Shown here: one piece after another, positions 8,504 through 16,864 of the stretch
Position numbering within the stretch: the stretch's first letter is position 1
Layout of the letters: each line of letters opens with the position of its first letter
Virus record (IMG/VR): IMGVR_UViG_3300050119_000364
Location: 1-51,560 of that record
DNA from: a virus
Taxonomy: Duplodnaviria > Caudoviricetes
DNA: 51,560 bases
Direction: 5' to 3' (one strand)
The notes under the pieces: generated by a model
What the model saw: the letters and a program-made list of their open reading frames with translations, nothing else
Database searches by the model: none
Told to the model about the DNA's origin: nothing
Translations under genes and position numbers: made by a program

Positions 8504-8621
8504 GCTATGAGTGAGTCAGACCGATGGGCTAATGCACGTAGGCGTCGGTCGTCTGTTTCGACGGACAACAATCTGCAGGTTGTGCCGAGGTGCAGGGGTT
8601 CGAGTCCCCACCGCTCATAGC
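8504..8621 (+). ncRNA. tRNA-like multibranched RNA (non-canonical)
   Basis: 10-bp closing stem (8504-8513 with 8612-8621), T-arm GGGG-TTCGAGT-CCCC, three internal hairpins including a UUCG loop; no D-arm and no CCA. Confidence 0.7.
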
Positions 8622-8672
8622 TCTCAAAGCGCGAATCTAAAGGTCGCAAACTAACCAACCCCATCCCAATCC

Positions 8673-8819
8673 ATGATTGACCACAATATCCTTTGGAGCC
8701 GAGCCATCGGCTTCGACGGTCGCATCGTGAAGGAGCCGACCGTGTTCGGGGCGGCGCTCATCGGCCTCGCATTCTTCGCCGGCCTTGCGCTCCTCATTTT
8801 CTTGTTTGCGTTTTTGTAA
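8673..8819 (+). CDS. 48-aa single-TM membrane peptide
   Basis: MIDHNILWSRAIGFDGRIVKEPTVFGAALIGLAFFAGLALLIFLFAFL; AAGGTCG leader motif upstream. Confidence 0.65.
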   Translation: MIDHNILWSRAIGFDGRIVKEPTVFGAALIGLAFFAGLALLIFLFAFL

Positions 8820-8941
8820 GAAACCCGTGCATCGAACGGGGAATCGAGGAGTGGGAAGCGGATTACCGCACAGGTTGCCGCCCCGACTACAACCCTTAAG
8901 GGTTCCCCGTTCAATCCAAAACAAACCTAAGCAATTAATCC

Positions 8942-9646
8942 ATGAAGTTCGAAATAAAGCACCGCTTGAATGGAGAAATCCTATTCAAAATAGAAACCGA
9001 TAGTTGGAAGCTCGCGGTAGAGGCCGCGATAAAGGCAAAAGCCAACCTCCGCTCCGCCAACCTCAGCTCCGCCAACCTCAGCTCCGCCAACCTCAGCTCC
9101 GCCAACCTCAGCTCCGCCAACCTCAGCTCCGCCAACCTCAGCTTCGCCAACCTCAGCTCCGCCAACCTCAGCTCCGCCAACCTCAGCTTCGCCAACCTCA
9201 GCTCCGCCAACCTCAGCTTCGCCAACCTCAGCTCCGCCAACCTCCGCTTCGCCAAGAACATTCCGCAGTCTTATATCAACATCTGCTCACGGGACATGCT
9301 TTTTGTCTTTGAGCATTTGAAATCGGAGCTTCCCTTTCTTCGTAAGGCGCTCATAGACGGAAAAGTGAATGGGACTCAGTACGCGGGCGATTGTGCGTGC
9401 CTCATCGGGACGCTCGCAAAAGCGAAGAACATAACCACGCCAGACGACATCGAAAAGAAGATTTGCCCGCTTATTCCCTTCTACGACATGGGGCTTCACA
9501 ATCCCGGCGAGCAGTGGTTCTGGCAAATCAGGGAAGGCGACACGCCCGACAAGAGCTTTTTTGCAAAGCACGCTGTAGAGCTAATTGATTCGGTCCTGAA
9601 AACGGCGACCGTCGTAAGGAAGCCGCGCAAACCAACGAAGAAATAA
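8942..9646 (+). CDS. Pentapeptide-repeat protein
   Basis: 14 ANLxx repeats; phage-type N-terminus and CACLIGT C-terminal domain. Confidence 0.9.
   Translation: MKFEIKHRLNGEILFKIETDSWKLAVEAAIKAKANLRSANLSSANLSSANLSSANLSSANLSSANLSFANLSSANLSSANLSFANLSSANLSFANLSSANLRFAKNIPQSYINICSRDMLFVFEHLKSELPFLRKALIDGKVNGTQYAGDCACLIGTLAKAKNITTPDDIEKKICPLIPFYDMGLHNPGEQWFWQIREGDTPDKSFFAKHAVELIDSVLKTATVVRKPRKPTKK
9041..9250 (+). repeat. Coding 15-bp tandem repeat, 14 copies
   Basis: GCCAACCTCAGCT(C/T)C units encoding ANLSS/ANLSF; first and last units encode ANLRS/ANLRF. Confidence 0.95.
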
Positions 9647-9660
9647 CCATCACCGCATCC

Positions 9661-9954
9661 ATGAAAGATCACATTCTTGTTTACGAAGATGAAAACGCGA
9701 CGCATTGCTTCATTGTTGGCACGGGCGATCCGGTTGCCGCGGAAAAGGCGTTGCGTGCGGAGGAGAACGTGTGGTTCGGTGAAGATGAGAGCAAATGGGC
9801 CGGCGAGATCGAAAAGCGTCTCCCATTTGACAACTTTTTCCCAACGACATTCCTCATCCGTGGCGAGTGCATGACTTGGGAAGACGGGCCTGAGATGCAG
9901 CCGGGAAGAGGTCGAATTGCCAAGCGACCCGGGTTTATCGCGCCGCTTGATTAA
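9661..9954 (+). CDS. Hypothetical protein
   Basis: Tightly packed in the early operon. Confidence 0.65.
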   Translation: MKDHILVYEDENATHCFIVGTGDPVAAEKALRAEENVWFGEDESKWAGEIEKRLPFDNFFPTTFLIRGECMTWEDGPEMQPGRGRIAKRPGFIAPLD

Positions 9955-9966
9955 CCCACCACATCC

Positions 9967-10170
9967 ATGAAAAACAAGTACGAGGACTTCTGCTACGTGT
10001 GCGGCGAAGTCGTCCCGGAGGAGAAAGGCGTAGCGGAGCAGCGTGCGCGAAGTCCCGGCGATCCGGGCTGGGGCGCAACCCGCTGGGTCACTCGCCACAC
10101 CACATGCAAGCCGCAGGAAGAAAGCCATGACAGCAGCCGTTCGTCGAAGGACGGCGCAAGCAAAAACTAA
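9967..10170 (+). CDS. Small Zn-binding hypothetical protein
   Basis: CYVC and HTTC motifs; common MKNKY-type small phage protein pattern. Confidence 0.65.
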   Translation: MKNKYEDFCYVCGEVVPEEKGVAEQRARSPGDPGWGATRWVTRHTTCKPQEESHDSSRSSKDGASKN

Positions 10171-10181
10171 CCAACACATTA

Positions 10182-11111
10182 ATGCCAATAGAAATCAGGA
10201 AAGCCGAGCGCGTGAAGTCAAAACTGCGCTTGGGATTAGCGGGTCCGTCGGGATCGGGAAAGACGATGAGCGCATTGAAGGTCGCAAAAGGCATCGGCGG
10301 CACGGTCTGCCTCATCGACACGGAGCGCGGTTCGGGCGACCTCTACGCCAATCTCTACGACTACAGCGTCATCAGCCTTGAGCCGCCGTTCAAGCCGGAC
10401 CTCCTCATCGACGCGATCCACGCGGCGGAGAAGGCAGGCTTCAGCGTCATCATCATCGATTCCCTCTCGCATTTCTGGAGCGACGAGGGCGGCATCCTCG
10501 ATCAGGCGGACAAAATGCAGAACAGCGGCAAGAACCGGTTCACCCTCTGGGCCGACCTCACGCCGCAGCATCGCCGGCTCGTGAACGCGCTCTTGAACAG
10601 CCCGCGGCACATCATCGGCACGATGCGCAGCAAGCAGGAATACGCGATGGAGACCGACGACAAGGGAAAGGCGAGCGTGAAGAAGCTCGGCCTTGCGCCG
10701 GTGCAGCGGGAAGGGATGGAGTACGAGTTCACCGTGTTCTTCGACGTATCGCAGGACCACTATGCGAAGGCGACGAAGGACCGCACGAACATGTTCGGCA
10801 ACGAGGTATTCATCATGGACGAGCAGACGGGCGCCCGCCTGTCGAAGTGGCTTGAGGAAGGCCGGGCGGACACCGGCGCCTTGAAGCGCGAGATCATGGG
10901 CCAGTTTGAGCGGCTTGAGATCCCCGTCCCGGCCGACAAGGCCGAGACACGGCAGTTCCTTTCGATCGCGGTCAAGAAGCTCACGGGCATCGAGCTTGCG
11001 GACGATAAGCTGCAGGCGATCGTGGATGCTCTCGTCGCGATCGAGGACAAGAAGGCTGCGTACAAGACGGTGTTCGAGGGCGAGAAGGTCGCTACGCCCA
11101 AAGCCGCATAA
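10182..11111 (+). CDS. AAA_24 / Sak4-like ATPase (recombination)
   Basis: GPSGSGKT Walker A, IDTE, IIIDSLSHFW, QREGMEYEF. Confidence 0.9.
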   Translation: MPIEIRKAERVKSKLRLGLAGPSGSGKTMSALKVAKGIGGTVCLIDTERGSGDLYANLYDYSVISLEPPFKPDLLIDAIHAAEKAGFSVIIIDSLSHFWSDEGGILDQADKMQNSGKNRFTLWADLTPQHRRLVNALLNSPRHIIGTMRSKQEYAMETDDKGKASVKKLGLAPVQREGMEYEFTVFFDVSQDHYAKATKDRTNMFGNEVFIMDEQTGARLSKWLEEGRADTGALKREIMGQFERLEIPVPADKAETRQFLSIAVKKLTGIELADDKLQAIVDALVAIEDKKAAYKTVFEGEKVATPKAA

Positions 11112-11118
11112 CGCCACC

Positions 11119-11478
11119 ATGAACAGAGAAATCAAATTCCGAGTGTGGTGGGTGAACGACGGGAAGATGGAGTCTTGGCAAGACATGCTCGAATGGAGTC
11201 GGATGAGCGTCTATTTCACGCCCGACGGTGAGTTCCCTCACGTCCTCATGCAGTTCACCGGCCTCAAGGACAAGAACTGGAAGGAGATTTACGAAGGGGA
11301 TGTAATTCGATACCACGACTACGCAGGCGACGATGAGGAGATTCTTGTTGAGGACTTGGCGTCGCTTTTCGAGAAGAAAGGTCTTCGCGAAGGCGAATAC
11401 GCAGAGGATTGGTCGAGCGAGAATCTCGAAGTCATCGGCAACATCTACGAGAACCCCGAGCTGCTCAAAACAAACTAA
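11119..11478 (+). CDS. YopX family protein
   Basis: MNREIKFRVW, LMQFTGLKDKNWKEIYEGD and EVIGNIYENPELL motifs. Confidence 0.92.
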   Translation: MNREIKFRVWWVNDGKMESWQDMLEWSRMSVYFTPDGEFPHVLMQFTGLKDKNWKEIYEGDVIRYHDYAGDDEEILVEDLASLFEKKGLREGEYAEDWSSENLEVIGNIYENPELLKTN

Positions 11479-11489
11479 GCACCACCACT

Positions 11490-11990
11490 TTGAACTACAA
11501 CAAAGCAATCGTCGCGGGCCGCGTCTCACAGGCCCCCGATCTCCGCAGCACATCGAGCGGCCAGCCGGTCGCCACGATGGGCGTCGCAACCAACCGTATC
11601 TGGGTAGACCATGACGGAACGAAGCACGAAGAAGCGCAATTCCACACCGTCGTCATCTGGGGCAAACTCGCCGAAACGTCGGCGGCGTTCCTCACGAAGG
11701 GCACGACGGTCCTCGTCGAAGGGCGGATCGAAACGCGGAGCTGGGAGGATAAGGACGGCAACACCCGGAAGGTCACCGAGATCATCGCCGAGAACATCCA
11801 GTTCGGCGCCCGTCCGGCCACCAGCGCGCCAGCGGCAGCGAAGCCTTCCGCCCCGAAGGCCGCGGCCGTGCCTTCTACGGAGGACCTGCCGGTCATTAAC
11901 CTCGACGGCGACGAAGAGGACACCGGCAGATCGTTCACGTCGGCATTCGCTGATGACGCAAAGGTCGAAGACGAAGACGTTCCGTTCTAG
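11490..11990 (+). CDS. ssb: Single-stranded DNA-binding protein
   Basis: OB-fold motifs (NKAIVAGR, VLVEGRIETRSW), acidic tail ending DVPF; TTG start. Confidence 0.95.
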   Translation: MNYNKAIVAGRVSQAPDLRSTSSGQPVATMGVATNRIWVDHDGTKHEEAQFHTVVIWGKLAETSAAFLTKGTTVLVEGRIETRSWEDKDGNTRKVTEIIAENIQFGARPATSAPAAAKPSAPKAAAVPSTEDLPVINLDGDEEDTGRSFTSAFADDAKVEDEDVPF

Positions 11991-11995
11991 CGGAC

Positions 11996-12511
11996 ATGGG
12001 ACGCCCGAGAAAACAAATACGGACTCGGTGTTGCCGGCTTCATCGTGAGGGGAAGTATCAGTCAGAAGGGTGCGTAGTTGCTGGAGAGCGAGTTGATTGC
12101 TGCGATTTTCATCGCCAAGGAAAATATCTGCACCTTCCGTGTGAGAGAGTCATTGCGACAAAAGAACGCATTAAGCGGCAAACTCGTATCCTCCGCATGC
12201 GTGCTCTGCAGGTCATCGCGGAGTCCGGTCCAGTCCAGTGTTCCTATTGCGGGTGCGCAGATCCAGATCTGCTTGAGATCAACCATAAGAATGGAGGGGG
12301 AAATCAGGAAGCGCGTCGGTACTACCAAACGCGTGGCGCGATAGGGTTTTACAGCGACATCGTGAATGGGAAGAGAGGTCATGAGGATTTGGAGATAGCA
12401 TGCAAAGTGTGCAACATCGCGCATTACGCGAGGTTGCGGAAGGGCCGAATCTGCTATCACGTAACATGGCTACCAGAAGTCACAAATGAAACATCAGGGG
12501 ACGCCGCGTGA
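11996..12511 (+). CDS. HNH-type endonuclease-like protein
   Basis: CSYCG, LEINHKNGGG and ACKVCN motifs. Confidence 0.7.
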   Translation: MGRPRKQIRTRCCRLHREGKYQSEGCVVAGERVDCCDFHRQGKYLHLPCERVIATKERIKRQTRILRMRALQVIAESGPVQCSYCGCADPDLLEINHKNGGGNQEARRYYQTRGAIGFYSDIVNGKRGHEDLEIACKVCNIAHYARLRKGRICYHVTWLPEVTNETSGDAA

Positions 12512-12560
12512 ATAGCGTAGCGGGGTAATAGCGCGGAGCCTGTTTGGTTAGTTCAGGCTT

Positions 12561-12743
12561 TCATGGCGTCCCTCCCCGCGGTTGGCGTCTCTCAGTTGGC
12601 TCGCGAGCGAGTTCCAGCAGGTGTCGTATTGCCCTGAAGGCCTCGACACCGACAAATACGATGAACACTGCGGTCGTGCAGATTTCGACCGCGTACAGTT
12701 TCACCAGAGCGAAATCTTGCAAGTGGTCGAATCGGGCCGCCAT
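12561..12743 (-). CDS. Small single-TM moron protein
   Basis: GAGGAG RBS, hydrophobic central helix. Confidence 0.5.
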   Translation of the reverse strand: MAARFDHLQDFALVKLYAVEICTTAVFIVFVGVEAFRAIRHLLELAREPTERRQPRGGTP

Positions 12744-12879
12744 GCTTCTCCTCAGTTCAATGGCTCATCCATACGAGAGCCGCTACTCATGAATACTATT
12801 TATTTTGTATCCCCCGAACTGTGTATCGCCAATCACTCTTTTGGGTGAGAAAACGCACCGCCGTAACTCTAACGAACCC

Positions 12880-13191
12880 ATGATCCAAGAAACATCCCTC
12901 TGGGCCTACAACCTCGCCACACAGAATCTCGGCAAGAAGCAGAAGGAAGTGCTCGACATGCTCAGGTACTTCCCGAACGCGACGAACGCGGAGCTCGCGG
13001 CGAAGATGAATTGGCCGGTGAACCGGATCACGCCGCGGATCCTTGAACTGCGGAAGATGGAGCTCGTGCTCGACACCGGCAGGCGGATATGCAAGGTCAC
13101 GGGCTCGACTGCGCATGCGTGGAAGGCGAAGCATCCGGTGTTGCCGGAGGCGTTCCCGGCGCCTGAGCCGCTTCGAGGCGGTCTTTTTTAG
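12880..13191 (+). CDS. Winged-helix DNA-binding protein
   Basis: TNAELAAKMNWPVNRITPRILELRKMELV pattern. Confidence 0.8.
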   Translation: MIQETSLWAYNLATQNLGKKQKEVLDMLRYFPNATNAELAAKMNWPVNRITPRILELRKMELVLDTGRRICKVTGSTAHAWKAKHPVLPEAFPAPEPLRGGLF

Positions 13192-13201
13192 GCCGATGGC
13201 G

Positions 13202-13666
13202 TCAATGCTTGCAGGTGGCGACAATCCCGAGGAAGGGAAGCCACGCCGACAAGCCCGCTACGAGTGACAGAGATACGAGCTGGGGTAGAAAAGTCCACCA
13301 TCCCCACCGACCATCTACAGGATGCTCCCACACTGGGTGTTCATTGTTCCACCCCAAAGATTCGCAGACCCTTTTATTGATTTCGTCCAACGCTGCGCGA
13401 TCACGGCCATTCCGGTCTTGTAGATCCTTCAACCAGCTGATGCAGCAGCCAGCGAACGTCGCGATCGCGACAACCCATATCCACCGATGCCACCCCATAA
13501 CGAAATTGCCATATGCGAGCTGTGCCGCATCCGTAGCCAAAAAAAGGCCGATGATTCCAAAGAATATCTTCCATTCATGATCACGTCGCGTATTGAAGAG
13601 CGTCATTCTTCGATCATGAAGAAATTGCAAACGTGCGAGCTCGTCCTCATCGCTAAGTGGCTTCAT
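13202..13666 (-). CDS. Three-TM moron membrane protein
   Basis: Three hydrophobic segments; opposite strand to neighbours. Confidence 0.7.
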   Translation of the reverse strand: MKPLSDEDELARLQFLHDRRMTLFNTRRDHEWKIFFGIIGLFLATDAAQLAYGNFVMGWHRWIWVVAIATFAGCCISWLKDLQDRNGRDRAALDEINKRVCESLGWNNEHPVWEHPVDGRWGWWTFLPQLVSLSLVAGLSAWLPFLGIVATCKH

Positions 13667-13720
13667 GGGATTCTCCAGACAGCTGTGTTTGGGGAAGAGA
13701 AATCATAACGCCTTCGTTGT

Positions 13721-13939
13721 ATGCCCCGCAAATCATTCTTCCAGGAACTCAGATCCCGCTATTACACGGCCGCGTGCCGGGAAGGCCGCCATCCGGAGTG
13801 CGACGGCGAGGTGATCGTGGGCGATCCCACCGCGTGGCCGGCGAAGCGTAAGAACTGCAGTTGCGATTGCCATCTCACGCCGGTCGAGCGCCTGAGAAAG
13901 GAGCGGCTGAGGAAAGAACAAAGATTCACGCGCGAATGA
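13721..13939 (+). CDS. Small Cys-rich protein
   Basis: C..H..C and CSCDCH motifs; overlaps next start (ATGA). Confidence 0.65.
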   Translation: MPRKSFFQELRSRYYTAACREGRHPECDGEVIVGDPTAWPAKRKNCSCDCHLTPVERLRKERLRKEQRFTRE

Positions 13940-14397
13940 CGTATCTCCAGCGCCGATTCCCAAAAGGCCATCAGCATCGGTATTTCGTGGACACCGAGAC
14001 AAACGACGCGGTGTGTTTGTGCGGAAAGGTGAGGGGATCGACAAAGGCCGCGCCGGGCAAATATCATGCGCTCCGGACCGAATACAACGGCATCTATTAC
14101 GATTCCAAATTCGAAGCGCAAACCGCAATGAGCTTGGACTGGCGCCTGAAGGCGAAGGAGATCAAAGGATGGGCGCGGCAGTTCATGATCGAGATCCGGG
14201 CGCCGGCCATGAAGCCCTACAGCGGCGACCTCGTCCTCCGGCACAAGGTGGACTTCCGGATTGAGCACAACGACGGGAGTTTCGAACTTTTGGAGTGCAA
14301 GGGCTTCGAAACGCGTGACTGGAGGATCACGAAGAAGCTGATCGAGGAGCTATGGCTTCCGGAGCATCTCGATCACGTTTATACGGTCGCCAAATGA
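13936..14397 (+). CDS. DUF1064-like PD-(D/E)xK endonuclease
   Basis: KYHA, YDSKFEA, VDF and ECKGFET motifs. Confidence 0.85.
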   Translation: MTYLQRRFPKGHQHRYFVDTETNDAVCLCGKVRGSTKAAPGKYHALRTEYNGIYYDSKFEAQTAMSLDWRLKAKEIKGWARQFMIEIRAPAMKPYSGDLVLRHKVDFRIEHNDGSFELLECKGFETRDWRITKKLIEELWLPEHLDHVYTVAK

Positions 14398-14404
14398 TTG
14401 AATC

Positions 14405-14809
14405 TCACGAAAGCGTACCCGCTTTCTTAACGATTTGCTCAGTCAAATCCTCTTTCTCCCGCATCCACGCATTGAGATCATACGTCTGTTGCAAATCATT
14501 CATAGCGGCTTCCCATCGGGTTAGAAGATTCATTTCTTTCACGTCGCCCGCAATGAAAAGGCGATCCGCTAGGACAGTCGAGCATTTCGCAAGTAGCTGG
14601 GATTTTCCTATTTGCATTTCCGGCGATTGAGCGTGGAAGACATAGGTCGGATATGCGGCGAACACCTCGGCAACGGTGGTTAACAATTCCCGAAATTCGT
14701 CGTAGCGCCTGTCTCTAAACCACTGCTCACGTTGCCAACGACGAGTTAACAGATAGGTGAGAACGGAACCGATGACAACCCCGCCGAGCGTGAAGAACCC
14801 CGAAGCCAT
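14405..14809 (-). CDS. Membrane-anchored helical moron protein
   Basis: N-terminal TM (FFTLGGVVIGSVLTYLL) then RRWQREQW and a helical domain. Confidence 0.7.
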   Translation of the reverse strand: MASGFFTLGGVVIGSVLTYLLTRRWQREQWFRDRRYDEFRELLTTVAEVFAAYPTYVFHAQSPEMQIGKSQLLAKCSTVLADRLFIAGDVKEMNLLTRWEAAMNDLQQTYDLNAWMREKEDLTEQIVKKAGTLS

Positions 14810-14824
14810 AAACTCTCCTGTGGA

Positions 14825-14852
14825 TTGACTAACCCCGCCAATATCCTACACT
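14825..14852 (+). promoter_or_regulatory. Promoter TTGACT-N16-TACACT
   Basis: Near-consensus hexamers; overlapped by a TGTGGATTG box. Confidence 0.7.
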
Positions 14853-14874
14853 TTTAAGTAATCCCACCCATCCC

Positions 14875-14982
14875 ATGAGCGCCAAGAAGTTCAAGGCATC
14901 CCTGCGTCTCCTCACGGTTTTGGTGCTTTCTGTAGCCGCGGCAACGATCATCGTCGAGATCATAAAAATAGCCACAAAATAA
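14875..14982 (+). CDS. 35-aa single-TM peptide
   Basis: MSAKKFKASLRLLTVLVLSVAAATIIVEIIKIATK; stop abuts next ATG. Confidence 0.55.
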   Translation: MSAKKFKASLRLLTVLVLSVAAATIIVEIIKIATK

Positions 14983-15480
14983 ATGCTCAGATTCATCGCA
15001 AAGCGGTATGCGAAGGCGCAATACCGATTCAGACAGGAAGTGGAAGCGGCCACGAACGACCTGAACGCCGGCCTTGCGACGAGACTTGCCAAGGAAAAGC
15101 GCGATCTCGTCTCAGGCCTCAATGCCGAAGCGGACGCAATGGACGCCCGGATCAAGGAAGTGGGCGAGCTGGAGGAGAAGGGCTTTTATTCGTGTGAGAA
15201 CGGCCACGAGAGCACAATCGGCGACCTCAAAGGCTCGGACCAGTGGGTCTGCTCGATCTGCCACGAACCCGCGAAATTCATCAAGCGGGACCAGATGACC
15301 GGACAGGAGAAATACGAATCCGACAAGGAGCGCGGCGAGGCCGAGGACATCGCGAAGCAGAAACGCGATCAGGCGAAAGCTGAGGAAGATAACGCGGCCC
15401 AGAGCGAGAAGGCCGCGAAGTATTTCCAAGCGCTCGCCACGAATACCCGCAACACGGCTGAAAAGATCAGGAAACTGTAA
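14983..15480 (+). CDS. Coiled-coil protein with Zn-ribbon insert
   Basis: CENGH and CSIC between two coiled coils. Confidence 0.75.
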   Translation: MLRFIAKRYAKAQYRFRQEVEAATNDLNAGLATRLAKEKRDLVSGLNAEADAMDARIKEVGELEEKGFYSCENGHESTIGDLKGSDQWVCSICHEPAKFIKRDQMTGQEKYESDKERGEAEDIAKQKRDQAKAEEDNAAQSEKAAKYFQALATNTRNTAEKIRKL

Positions 15481-15509
15481 AAGGTCGAGAAACCACAATC
15501 ATCACGACA

Positions 15510-15770
15510 ATGGCAGATTACGAAGCAGCGGCCGAAGGCGGCATCAAGGAAAAGGGAACTGCGGCGCCGGCGGAACAGTCCGCAACGGCAGCTCAGGCCG
15601 AAGAAGCGGAGAAGACCGAAGGCGGTCAGGAAGGCACGGCCGAAGGTTCCGAAGCGGAGAACACCGGAGACGAGTCCGGCGACGAGGGCTCCAAAGCCGA
15701 AGAGGAATCGTCCGACAAGGAGAAATCCGAGGACGGCGAGGAATCGGACGGCGAAGAAGCGTCGGAATAG
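15510..15770 (+). CDS. Very acidic low-complexity protein
   Basis: E/D/S/G-rich 86 aa; AAGGTCG leader. Confidence 0.65.
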   Translation: MADYEAAAEGGIKEKGTAAPAEQSATAAQAEEAEKTEGGQEGTAEGSEAENTGDESGDEGSKAEEESSDKEKSEDGEESDGEEASE

Positions 15771-15819
15771 CGATCAGGCCGGGAACGCGCACCCGTAGCT
15801 TCCCGGCCGCTTTGAATAC

Positions 15820-15930
15820 ATGAAGACCATCACTGAGCGCCAAACATTCCCGGAGCATTGGAGCAAGAAGCGTATCGCGCGGTACAGGCGTCGATTTGAG
15901 AAACGGCTCGCGAAGCAGCAGAAGAAATGA
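15820..15930 (+). CDS. 36-aa basic peptide
   Basis: MKTITERQTFPEHWSKKRIARYRRRFEKRLAKQQKK; ATGA overlap with next gene. Confidence 0.5.
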   Translation: MKTITERQTFPEHWSKKRIARYRRRFEKRLAKQQKK

Positions 15931-16127
15931 TCGACCATTACACCATAAAATTCGGCCCGGCAGTGAGCCAGAAGGAGCTTGAGAAGGCGCTGAACGAAGC
16001 AAAGCATCCGGACGAGTTGAAAAAGTTCCGGCATGTAAAAGTCCGCATCCAGTTCATTGGAGACATCGAAGATTTGCAGAAGATGTCTCAACATTTAAGA
16101 GAATTGGCGCACCCGACACATCCCTGA
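15927..16127 (+). CDS. Hypothetical protein
   Basis: Coupled start; plausible composition. Confidence 0.55.
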   Translation: MIDHYTIKFGPAVSQKELEKALNEAKHPDELKKFRHVKVRIQFIGDIEDLQKMSQHLRELAHPTHP

Positions 16128-16139
16128 GAGTTACCCTGC

Positions 16140-16784
16140 TCAGTCAGCCTTTGCGATATATAGCGGCGTTGCGAGGATCACATTCCACACCTTCGGCTTT
16201 CCTGCTACGGTCTGCCGGTTTGTAACGAGTCGCTTCGCCAAGAATTCAAAGTTTTCATATGGAGTCTTCGGGCCATCGATTTCTAGGTTCACGACAGGCC
16301 ATAATGCGTCCTCTTCCTCATCCTGCGGCACACCCTCGTCTCTAAGAATGTGAGGGAGACTGTGTATGAGTATTAGAGTATTCGAGTTGCTCATCCAGCA
16401 TTTGTCCCCCGCGGGCCGCGAGCCAATAACGTGAATCGCAGAGCCGCCTAACCCGATGATGGTTGTTTGTGTATGCCCTGAGAGGTAGATCAAATCCGAG
16501 GAAACTTTCGGGTTCGTAGACATGAATCGCATCGGTAGCATGTCGTCGATGTATTCATCGGGCTCATCCACCGTGCCAACGTTCCCGTATTCGCGGATGT
16601 GTTGAACTACAGCTTCTAATCGCGCGATGCGATCAGCGCCTTCGTCCCGCTCAACAGTTCTCTTTGCGGTAAAAATCTTCATGTCGATGCCGAACTGTGT
16701 CGCAACCTTCCTCTTCGCGTCCTCAGAGATCTGAGGCAGCAGCATGTCAACTTTGGCATCAGAGATGTAAAGGTAATATTTCAT
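16140..16784 (-). CDS. Accessory protein, MKYYLYISDAKVDML family (recalled as DUF7019/SAVMC3_10250-like)
   Basis: N-terminal YYLYISDAKVDML, GGS..HV.G and EFLAKRL..LATPLY motifs; family name from memory. Confidence 0.65.
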   Translation of the reverse strand: MKYYLYISDAKVDMLLPQISEDAKRKVATQFGIDMKIFTAKRTVERDEGADRIARLEAVVQHIREYGNVGTVDEPDEYIDDMLPMRFMSTNPKVSSDLIYLSGHTQTTIIGLGGSAIHVIGSRPAGDKCWMSNSNTLILIHSLPHILRDEGVPQDEEEDALWPVVNLEIDGPKTPYENFEFLAKRLVTNRQTVAGKPKVWNVILATPLYIAKAD

Positions 16785-16813
16785 TCCGTCACGACACATT
16801 ATAGCGATCGCCA

Positions 16814-16841
16814 TTGCGGATTTTGGCCACATTGCTAGGAT
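16814..16841 (+). promoter_or_regulatory. Promoter TTGCGG-N16-TAGGAT for packaging genes
   Basis: Element-wide pattern; TG one base before the -10 (extended -10). Confidence 0.55.
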
Positions 16842-16864
16842 GAGGGAAACCCCCACAAACCCTC

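Noticed and set aside
8504-8621. Canonical tRNA gene (for example Cys, from the GCA in the 7-nt loop)
   Set aside because: 118 nt, no D-arm, extra hairpins, no CCA and wrong stem geometry; kept only as a tRNA-like RNA
9041-9250. Tandem repeat as a CRISPR array
   Set aside because: Contiguous 15-bp units without spacers, in frame within a pentapeptide-repeat gene; no cas genes
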